Shown here piece by piece: positions 1 through 6,968 of a stretch of 11,067 nucleotides of DNA (the first letter of the stretch is position 1; the number at the start of each line of letters is the position of its first letter). This stretch comes from Candidatus Thorarchaeota archaeon (GTDB lineage: Archaea > Asgardarchaeota > Thorarchaeia > Thorarchaeales > Thorarchaeaceae): NCBI GenBank assembly GCA_048884785.1, contig JBHLQM010000001.1, positions 82,576 to 93,642 on the forward strand, in the 5' to 3' direction. Position numbers and translations under genes: made by a program. The notes under the pieces were generated by a model. That model ran no database searches and was not told where the DNA came from. It saw only the letters and a program-made list of their open reading frames with translations.

Positions 1-297
1 GAGAAGCTCCTCTGCAGCAGCACCGATATCCCCTGTCTTTCTAAGAACCTTTAGAACTTCATTCTCTGATGCGGAGGCGGCATTTGCCAAAACTTGCACA
101 GCCATCTTCTCCGCAAGTCCAATCTCAGGAAGACCCATCCAATCAGGATGTAGTTTTCCTATTGTTAGTGCTACAATAGGACCTACTTCTTTTGGTTTGG
201 CTTCCTGAAGCAACTCAGAGAAGATGTTAGTCTTCTCTATTGATCCTGCAGAGGTCTCTATGGTATCGTATGCCCGTGCAAGCTGTTCGTAGAGCAA
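1..297 (-). CDS. lig: ATP-dependent DNA ligase, N-terminal DNA-binding domain (partial; continues beyond the left edge of the window)
   Basis: My translation of the minus strand from TTG at 297 is open to base 1: MLYEQLARAYDTIETSAGSIEKTNIFSELLQEAKPKEVGPIVALTIGKLHPDWMGLPEIGLAEKMAVQVLANAASASENEVLKVLRKTGDIGAAAEELL. It matches the archaeal ligase N-terminal pattern (GKLxPDWxGxPExGxxEK ... GDxGxAAE). An alternative in-frame GTG lies at 306. Confidence 0.9.
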   Translation of the reverse strand, partial: MLYEQLARAYDTIETSAGSIEKTNIFSELLQEAKPKEVGPIVALTIGKLHPDWMGLPEIGLAEKMAVQVLANAASASENEVLKVLRKTGDIGAAAEELL

Positions 298-332
298 TAA
301 CCACACATCCAGAATTGGGAGCAACCATATGC

Positions 333-340
333 TTTATAAA
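333..340. promoter_or_regulatory. Palindromic TATA box (TTTATAAA) between divergent lig and rps17e
   Basis: Self-complementary match to the archaeal TATA consensus, about 35 nt from the lig TTG and 50 nt from the rps17e TTG. Confidence 0.65.
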
Positions 341-378
341 CACAATCAGGAGCAAACCACAAACTGACGACCATTTAC

Positions 379-383
379 GGTGA
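379..383 (+). promoter_or_regulatory. Shine-Dalgarno motif GGTGA for rps17e
   Basis: GGTGA ends 7 nt upstream of TTG 391. Confidence 0.65.
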
Positions 384-390
384 GATTGAA

Positions 391-639
391 TTGGGAAGCA
401 TTCGACCAGGCTACATTAAGAACGCGGCACGTCTGCTGCTGCAAAGCTACGCAGATGAATTCACGACTGATTTTGAAACAAACAAGCGTCTGGTTGAGCA
501 GTATACCGACGTGACATCCAAGAAAGTCCGAAATAGAATAGCAGGCTACCTTGTTAGAATGGTCAGAGTAGAGATCGCCGATGCAGAAGCCGAAGCCACA
601 CAGGGCGGCGAAGAAGTAGTCGACGATACTGAGATGTAA
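391..639 (+). CDS. rps17e: 30S ribosomal protein S17e (eS17)
   Basis: MGxIRPxYIK start, then FTTDFETNK and SKKVRNRIAGY signature of eS17; TTG start with SD. Confidence 0.97.
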   Translation: MGSIRPGYIKNAARLLLQSYADEFTTDFETNKRLVEQYTDVTSKKVRNRIAGYLVRMVRVEIADAEAEATQGGEEVVDDTEM

Positions 640-654
640 TCATCACCTATCTAA

Positions 655-695
655 TAGAAAAAGAAGATTTCACGGGAGTCAGTGCGACCCCCGTG
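655..695 (-). terminator. Stem-loop followed by a U-rich tract; candidate terminator of the 901-aa gene
   Basis: Minus-strand RNA CACGGGGGUC-GCACU-GACUCCCGUG forms a 10-bp stem with one G-U pair, 9 nt after the stop codon, followed by AAAUCUUCUUUUUCU. It lies between convergent genes. Confidence 0.6.
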
Positions 696-704
696 TCCTA
701 CGAC

Positions 705-3410
705 CTATATCTTCAGTTCTTTCTTCTCTTTTGTTATCTCTGCTGCTTCAGCCATAGCCTCGTCATAGATATCAATAGGATAGCGATTATGAAGAGGTGA
801 ATACTTGGCACCAAAGGCAATGGAACCATAGAATCTCCTAGCAAACCATCCAACTCCTCTCATACGTACCATGCTCGACGCTCTCTTGAACTCCTCCAGG
901 GTTCGCTCGTCCCAGGTGCCGGTAAGACCACTGAAGAACGAATAGAGATACAACGAGGGTACGATTCCTATAAAGAAGATGAGGGCTGAAGAAACCAGGT
1001 CATTCACTCCACCCCAGAGGGCTTGTGAAATTATCTCCAATATGATGTAGTTTGCAATGGCTGCAATTCCAGGACCAATATAGCTCTGCCACGTGTAGAA
1101 CTTGGGTGCCGAGATCTCTCTGCGAATGATAATCCATGCCACAATATCCTTGACGACAAGCCCAACAACATAACCTATGATAATTCCAGGCATTCCTCCA
1201 AGATAGATCCCGAATACCACTGGTTCATACCACACAAACAGTGTCATGGCTATTGCACGAATCACTTGTTCGAGGACCCATACACTCGCAGCAAGACCAG
1301 TACGCTCGGCTCCGGCGAACATCCAATCGCCAAGCCAGCTAAAGAAGCCTATAAGCTGGAAAATCAGGAAGAACTGTAGAAGAACAGCGGCATATGCCCA
1401 GTCTGACCCTGCTGCACCAAGAATGGCTCGTGCACCAGTTGCCGCAAGGACTGATATTAGCCAAAAGACGAAGAATGCGCCATATTTCAGTCCCTGAGCC
1501 GTATAGAGTTCAGTTAGCTTCTTCTTGCCACGAGAATAGGACTCAGAAATACCTCCGAGCATGCCTTCCATGAACAGACCCACAACTGATACAATGATTG
1601 CAAGATCCCATGCCAATTGATATTGGCCTTGAAGTGCTGACCAGTTTAGTAGATTCGTACTAATGAGAAGCATTTGATAGAACCAAACAAGGGGAACAGT
1701 TGCTGCTCCAACGGTCCATTTGGCTCCAAACTTCAACGCCTTTCGAACTTGCTCTCTACCAAAATCGATTCTAAAGAGAGTTGAAACACTAAATCCTAGT
1801 TTCTTGAAGAGAATTATGGATACACCAAATATGAGCCATTCTGAGAAATACGATCCAATTGCCTGTCCAATTGCTCCTCCGAGAGCTTCTCCAAAGATAG
1901 GATTCTGTGAACCCCACCAACGGAAAACAAGAATGAGCACATATGGTCCAAGCGCATCGAAAACCACATACTTCAGAATATTCGTGATTTGTTGGTAATC
2001 TATACGATTCATGCCTCTGAATACATGAATAAAGAGCAATGTAAACCCAGGAAACTGGAAGAGAGAGTGCGCAATGAAAACATACGATAGATGAGCGAGA
2101 TAGGTGTGTGGGAACACAATGGATCCTACGAAGGCTACAATGGATATCTGTACGACACCTGTGATACATTGGAACCACACAAAGATTTGCGCATACTTTA
2201 CGGCCTCCTCAGGATGTGTGACCCTGTATTCAGCGAAATACTTTGCAAGAGCCACACTTGTTCCTAAGTCAAAGAGTGTCCATACTCCAAGAAAGAGATT
2301 AACACTAAAGGAAAACCATCCTGCGGCTTGTGGGAAAGGCATAATGAAACGCGGGTATATCATTATGGTTAGAACTACTCTTGGGATTACTAATAGAAGG
2401 GTTAGGAACAACTGAATGAGGAAGCCACCAAGTTGTCGGTGCATGCCAACTTCCTCCCATTCACTGATTTCATCAGTGACTTCGACGAGGAGCTCCGCTC
2501 TTTCAATTTCAGTAAGTACCTCTGTCCTCGCTTTACTCTTCTTTTTCATTGCTCGATACGAGGTGGCTGTAATTATTCCAATGACTACAACAACACCACC
2601 AATGATCAGCTGTTGTTCGAAGTGTGGAACTGGAGAGTAGTTCCATTCAGCATAAGTAAGAGGACTTTGATCTGACAGATAGATGCAGGATGAATAGAGA
2701 AAATAATTGAAGTAAGGCCACAGCACTATTTCATAGTTGATTTGAGGGGTTTCTGCAGTGCTATTCAAGGTGAGCCAGGGGGTATATATCAGGATACTGC
2801 CACTGCCAACTGGAGTAAGGGTGAGCAATGGAGAACCACCCGTTCCGAACCCAGTATCATTGGCAAGAAGCGTGACAGTATTGGAGTCAAGTTCCGGAAG
2901 AATGCTGATTTTTTCAGCAGGAGGGGCTGAAGACCAGTCATAGCTAAATGCTGGATGATTCTGTACCATCATCCGCGTGACTACGTTCGCCATTTCCTTG
3001 CTTTCTACAACTTCATCTGACGTGGTGACATTGAAGTAAGTAAAACCTGTCGCATCTTCAGTGATTGCTGGGCCCATAATAATGAAAAGACCGCCCCCAC
3101 CATTCAGAAAGGAACTCAAATCAGTGAAATCGGATGGAGCGATTGGAGTATCGATTAAGACCAGCGTATCCACATCAAGTGAGAGCGCTTCCGAAATCGA
3201 TGAAGAGGTTGCGACGTTTAGTGAACTATCATCAAGTCCGAGAGAATTGGTCACTGCAGGGGCATTTGGGGCCCCTACAACTATAACATCAATGCTCGTT
3301 GGGGCTTGGGCCGGCGTTAGAGGACCAGCAACAACTAATCCAATAATTACACCGGGAAAAACGAATATCGCAAGAATCATTGAAATTATCATAGCTCGGG
3401 TTTTGTCCAT
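705..3410 (-). CDS. Large membrane protein: N-terminal TM anchor, extracellular GATase1-like (non-catalytic) domain, second TM, then a MOP-superfamily (Wzx/MurJ/Rft1/MATE-like) flippase/exporter domain
   Basis: Hydrophobic aa ~7-29. Soluble acidic domain aa ~30-267 with a DTLVLID...FLNGGGGLFIIMGP pattern. TM aa ~268-285 followed by KKKSKAR. Then roughly 12-14 hydrophobic segments with Wzx-like motifs (FDLGTSVALAKYFAEY; RKALKFG; ISESYSRG). SD GGAGGA at 3421-3426. Confidence 0.7.
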   Translation of the reverse strand: MDKTRAMIISMILAIFVFPGVIIGLVVAGPLTPAQAPTSIDVIVVGAPNAPAVTNSLGLDDSSLNVATSSSISEALSLDVDTLVLIDTPIAPSDFTDLSSFLNGGGGLFIIMGPAITEDATGFTYFNVTTSDEVVESKEMANVVTRMMVQNHPAFSYDWSSAPPAEKISILPELDSNTVTLLANDTGFGTGGSPLLTLTPVGSGSILIYTPWLTLNSTAETPQINYEIVLWPYFNYFLYSSCIYLSDQSPLTYAEWNYSPVPHFEQQLIIGGVVVVIGIITATSYRAMKKKSKARTEVLTEIERAELLVEVTDEISEWEEVGMHRQLGGFLIQLFLTLLLVIPRVVLTIMIYPRFIMPFPQAAGWFSFSVNLFLGVWTLFDLGTSVALAKYFAEYRVTHPEEAVKYAQIFVWFQCITGVVQISIVAFVGSIVFPHTYLAHLSYVFIAHSLFQFPGFTLLFIHVFRGMNRIDYQQITNILKYVVFDALGPYVLILVFRWWGSQNPIFGEALGGAIGQAIGSYFSEWLIFGVSIILFKKLGFSVSTLFRIDFGREQVRKALKFGAKWTVGAATVPLVWFYQMLLISTNLLNWSALQGQYQLAWDLAIIVSVVGLFMEGMLGGISESYSRGKKKLTELYTAQGLKYGAFFVFWLISVLAATGARAILGAAGSDWAYAAVLLQFFLIFQLIGFFSWLGDWMFAGAERTGLAASVWVLEQVIRAIAMTLFVWYEPVVFGIYLGGMPGIIIGYVVGLVVKDIVAWIIIRREISAPKFYTWQSYIGPGIAAIANYIILEIISQALWGGVNDLVSSALIFFIGIVPSLYLYSFFSGLTGTWDERTLEEFKRASSMVRMRGVGWFARRFYGSIAFGAKYSPLHNRYPIDIYDEAMAEAAEITKEKKELKI

Positions 3411-3527
3411 ATATTACATGTCCTCCAATGCATATGTGGCAAACGTTCCAGTAAGTAATCGGTCTAATATCAATGTCGGATTTCATCAAGACTCAAAAGG
3501 AAATGCATTATTTCTACTTCGAGCTTT

Positions 3528-4565
3528 ATGAGCGACTGGCAAAATATCATGTATCAAGCGGATTGCTTAGAATGCATGGATACAATACTCAATGATTTCA
3601 GGGGAATGTTCAAACTGATCTATATCGACCCCCCCTATTTCTCTGGGACAGACTATTCGTTAAGAATCAGAGAAGATGAGTCAGAAGGTTCATCTCCGAG
3701 AGTAAGCGAGCAGCCAACTTATACTGATAAATGGGAGGGAGGTCTATCGGAGTATCTTGATTTCATGAAACCTCGTCTGTCGCTCATGAAAGATTTGCTG
3801 GGGGATGGGGGCAGTCTGTGGGTCCATCTTGACTTCCATGTTTCGCATTATATCAAGACCTTTCTGGACGAGCTATTTGAGTATGACAATTTTGTGAATG
3901 AGATAATATGGAGAAGGACTAACAGTCCAAAAACTCAGAGTAGGGGTTTTGGATCTCAACATGATGTAATACTTCTGTATGCAAAGGATGCCTCCAATTT
4001 TCACACCAGTCCCATTTTTCGTCCTCACGATGAACGGTCTCTCAAGCCATATAGCTATGAAGATGAGAGAGGAAAGTTCAGGCTTATCGAGATTGAGGCA
4101 CAAGGCATTCAGCGCTCAGAATCTAGGAAGCAATTCGAATGGAGAGGCCGAATGGCACCATATCTCTATCGAAAAGAAACTCTCGACCACTGGTGGCAAG
4201 AGGGCGTGATTTACGAAAGCCGAAACGGAAGATACACGAAAAAGCAATATCTTTCGGATGTGCCTGGAATTCAAGTATCGGATTTGTGGTTGGACATACC
4301 GCCTATCCAGGGTTCATCACACGAATACACGGGTTTTCTTACTCAGAAACCTTTTGCGCTTCTTGTCAGAATACTGGAATCAGCCTCGTCAGAAGGGGAC
4401 CTTGTTGGAGACTTCTTCTCAGGGTCAGGAACAACTGCTATTGCTGCTCAGGCGACTGCCCGAAGGTGGATAGTGTGTGACTCAACGAGCGTTGCGATGG
4501 ATCTTTTGAAGTCAAGACTGGTAGGTATGGGGGTCTTTGATAGTTTTAAGACAGTGAAGCTTTAG
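3528..4565 (+). CDS. Site-specific DNA methyltransferase (N6-adenine/N4-cytosine, beta class, N6_N4_Mtase / Mod-like)
   Basis: Catalytic motif IV IYIDPPY near the N-terminus, NEIIW, TQKP, and SAM-binding motif I DFFSGSGTT near the C-terminus (beta order). Confidence 0.93.
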   Translation: MSDWQNIMYQADCLECMDTILNDFRGMFKLIYIDPPYFSGTDYSLRIREDESEGSSPRVSEQPTYTDKWEGGLSEYLDFMKPRLSLMKDLLGDGGSLWVHLDFHVSHYIKTFLDELFEYDNFVNEIIWRRTNSPKTQSRGFGSQHDVILLYAKDASNFHTSPIFRPHDERSLKPYSYEDERGKFRLIEIEAQGIQRSESRKQFEWRGRMAPYLYRKETLDHWWQEGVIYESRNGRYTKKQYLSDVPGIQVSDLWLDIPPIQGSSHEYTGFLTQKPFALLVRILESASSEGDLVGDFFSGSGTTAIAAQATARRWIVCDSTSVAMDLLKSRLVGMGVFDSFKTVKL

Positions 4566-4629
4566 ACCGGATAACATTTGTAGAGGCTTTGCTTTGCAAA
4601 GATTGTATCTCTAATCATGGGTGAAGACA

Positions 4630-5103
4630 GTGGCTGAAAAGATTTCTGGGAAAAGAGGAGAGCTTCTGAGGATCGGTTTGGCAGCAAGAAACTGGGCCCT
4701 TACTCATATCGACGATGATGAAAGTATAATGGCTTGGAAATGTCAGGATTCTAAAAGGTCATCCGCTGAGATAGCAACCCATATTTCCTTCACTCTTGTG
4801 GCCGTATGTCACCATATAGCTGGAGAGCTGGGACTGACTATCGATATTAATGAGCCTCTTGCAGATGAAAGCGGTTCTCAACTAAAGGCCGAAATCAGAG
4901 GAGCGTATGATGCTTTCAAAGAATTATGTACCCATATGAGTGATGAGATGTTGGAGTATCCGACGACTTTGCCTCCTCCTGCAAGAATTCAAGAGAGCTC
5001 GGTAGAAACGATTCTTAGAATAATTGCAGGGTACCACACAATTCATCATAGCGGACAGATTGCAATGCAAGTCAAAATGGCAAAACGTGCAATCAAGAGT
5101 TGA
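4630..5103 (+). CDS. DinB/YfiT-family four-helix-bundle putative metalloprotein
   Basis: RSxAEIxxH and HxxHHxGQI motifs supply the typical His triad. GTG 4630 is preferred over GTG 4621 because GGTGA (4620-4624) sits 5 nt upstream of it. Confidence 0.8.
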   Translation: MAEKISGKRGELLRIGLAARNWALTHIDDDESIMAWKCQDSKRSSAEIATHISFTLVAVCHHIAGELGLTIDINEPLADESGSQLKAEIRGAYDAFKELCTHMSDEMLEYPTTLPPPARIQESSVETILRIIAGYHTIHHSGQIAMQVKMAKRAIKS

Positions 5104-5117
5104 GTGTCGCAGTATAA

Positions 5118-6188
5118 TCAATCAAGCCAGATGGGCTCTTTCAGCAATTCTTCATCTTTCCAGAGTTCATTGAGTATAGCTAGGTCGTGGCGTCTCGTAT
5201 GAAAGTAAATCAGAGCAATACCTCCCAGACCAGATAGAAAGATGGCGTAGATAATCACTAGGGATGATGCCAGTGCAAAAATTGATGTGCCAAATGCAAT
5301 GAATGATACAAGACTAAGGAGGACAATCAATCCGCCTCCAAGAATTGATATTGAGTAACGCCTCTCCGCTCTTCCGGCTTCTTCTTCCTTCCTAATCTTC
5401 TTTAGGGATTCAATGATGTCCGATTCAGACATCTCAGTGTCTCGTAGTATCATCCTTTCAGCAAGCCGCGGATGCATTCCAAATTCGCGTGTTATATGGA
5501 GGGGGGCATCACCGGATTCACGTGTGGCACCTCTTAAGAGAAGGATCAATAGAAAGACCGCGCCTGCAGGATATGCGAAGTATTGAGCCATTGAAAGAAT
5601 ACTGAAGATGCCAATGTACGGAAGAAGCATTCCAAGAATCTGAAAAAGAGAGAACAAGAAGAAATAGCTAATCGGTAGAGTCAGTGTCACCAGCACACCG
5701 GAAATCAGCATGGAATAGAACCGGTTTCCTCGGTCAGCCCTCAGCAATTTCTCAGCTATAACAATTACACCTTCAAGAGAATGTTGTCTGATTGCCGCAA
5801 TCATTGGAGGAGATATGATTATTGCACGATGCAGCGGTGATACGTATTCCTTGACATAGCTCTTTCTGCTATCTCGAATCCAAAGTGAGATGAGGTTTTT
5901 TGTAAAGACGCGCTTTCTTGCCTGGTCACAGACATCCTGCAACTCGTTCTGTGGATTACTATATCTACTAGCTTGGATGAAAACTTCGATGATTGAAAAA
6001 AGGGCCCCTATTACAACTGCAATAATAATCAGATTCGGAATGTCCCAATATTGTAGCGGCATTAACATGACCAGTGAAAATGAACATGCGATACCTAGTA
6101 TGATGGCAATTAGAAAACTAAAGAGTGGTGTGAGTAAAGGTATTGGACTTCGAAACACACCATCCCAGAATTTACTAATTCTCTCCAT
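5118..6188 (-). CDS. Multi-pass membrane protein, possibly a degenerate (HExxH-less) M48/HtpX-like peptidase homolog
   Basis: 356-aa ORF with paired TM segments at the N-terminus, middle and C-terminus, an ATG start and a GAGGT SD. The soluble segment resembles the HtpX core by eye. The CDS is well supported; the family call is tentative. Confidence 0.6.
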   Translation of the reverse strand: MERISKFWDGVFRSPIPLLTPLFSFLIAIILGIACSFSLVMLMPLQYWDIPNLIIIAVVIGALFSIIEVFIQASRYSNPQNELQDVCDQARKRVFTKNLISLWIRDSRKSYVKEYVSPLHRAIIISPPMIAAIRQHSLEGVIVIAEKLLRADRGNRFYSMLISGVLVTLTLPISYFFLFSLFQILGMLLPYIGIFSILSMAQYFAYPAGAVFLLILLLRGATRESGDAPLHITREFGMHPRLAERMILRDTEMSESDIIESLKKIRKEEEAGRAERRYSISILGGGLIVLLSLVSFIAFGTSIFALASSLVIIYAIFLSGLGGIALIYFHTRRHDLAILNELWKDEELLKEPIWLD

Positions 6189-6195
6189 CCACGAA

Positions 6196-6228
6196 ACCTC
6201 TCGTTACTAATTACGTGAGAGGTATAAA
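6196..6228 (-). promoter_or_regulatory. TATA box (TTTATA, 6228-6223) plus inverted repeat ACCTCTC-N14-GAGAGGT overlapping the SD of the 356-aa gene
   Basis: Read directly: arms at 6196-6202 and 6217-6223; TATA about 35 nt upstream of ATG 6188. Confidence 0.5.
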
Positions 6229-6239
6229 GGCTTGTGACT

Positions 6240-6968
6240 TCAAATCTTCATCTTACGAATGGCACCACCAGGCGCAACTCCCTTCGGGCATGACTTGACA
6301 CAATTCATAATCAAGTCGCACTTTGGTACACCATTAGGTCCTCTTGCTGCATCGAGATATCTTCCTCTATCAGGGGTTCTAGTGTCTTGGTTGAATCTAA
6401 AGGCTTTTGCAAGGGCTGCAGGGCCGAAGTATTCATTGTCTGAGGAATTTATTGGACATGATCCATAGCAAATTGCACATAGAATGCAATTGACATATCT
6501 ATCGATTCTATCTCTATCGTCGGGACTTTGGATTCTTGTTCCATCACCAGTCACAGGGTCGGACCAGAGTTTCAATTCCTCAAGTGCAGAGTAGAACTTG
6601 GACATATCCACAATCAAGTCTTTCAGTAGGGGAAGATTAGGCAGAGGCTCTACCAGTATTTCTGAGTCCGCATTCCATCCCAATGGTCTTTCTGATATTG
6701 CCTCAAATGTTTTCAGCTTCATTGGTTCAAATGGCACTGATGAGATTTGAGTTCGACAGGCAAGTCTAGGTTCTTTGTTTATCAGCATAGAGCAACTCCC
6801 GCATACTGCACCCCTGCAAGAATATCTGAAGGATAGTGACGGGTCCATCTTATCCTGAATCTGAAATAGTGCATCCAGGACAGTCATGCAATTTCTGACT
6901 TGCACCTTGTACAAATCATAATGTGTAATCTCCCCGCCGTCTCTACTTCTTGCAATACGGAGTATCAT
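6240..6968 (-). CDS. sdhB: Succinate dehydrogenase / fumarate reductase iron-sulfur subunit
   Basis: SCRGAVCGSC...LAC [2Fe-2S], CILCAICYGSCP [4Fe-4S] and CDLIMNCVKSCP (CX5CX3CP, [3Fe-4S]-type); LxxDLxVD motif; TAATG stop/start overlap with sdhA. Confidence 0.95.
   Translation of the reverse strand: MILRIARSRDGGEITHYDLYKVQVRNCMTVLDALFQIQDKMDPSLSFRYSCRGAVCGSCSMLINKEPRLACRTQISSVPFEPMKLKTFEAISERPLGWNADSEILVEPLPNLPLLKDLIVDMSKFYSALEELKLWSDPVTGDGTRIQSPDDRDRIDRYVNCILCAICYGSCPINSSDNEYFGPAALAKAFRFNQDTRTPDRGRYLDAARGPNGVPKCDLIMNCVKSCPKGVAPGGAIRKMKI

Noticed and set aside
3500-3514. Short inverted repeat GAAAT-N5-ATTTC upstream of the methyltransferase
   Set aside because: Only 5-bp AT-rich arms, which is expected by chance.
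1246-3531. Multiple plus-strand ORFs (including 3061..3531, 156 aa) and the out-of-frame minus ORFs 1789..2178 and 3289..3489
   Set aside because: They overlap the 901-aa gene, show no recognisable motifs and have the composition of antisense or frame shadows.
3873-4480. Short ORFs inside the methyltransferase
   Set aside because: Nested in an intact, motif-complete CDS; no sign of a frameshift or independent signals.
5118-6188. The 356-aa membrane protein as the missing SdhC/D anchor
   Set aside because: It has no His within its TM segments for heme b, no CCG motifs, its own TATA/SD, and an M48-like layout. A non-canonical anchor role is not strictly excluded.
6195-6242. Selenocysteine read-through of the sdhB TGA, or the 671-695 hairpin as a SECIS
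   Set aside because: The TGA falls at the normal C-terminus, not at a Cys-homologous site. The hairpins lack SECIS core features, and the 901-aa gene ends in TAG with no internal TGA.
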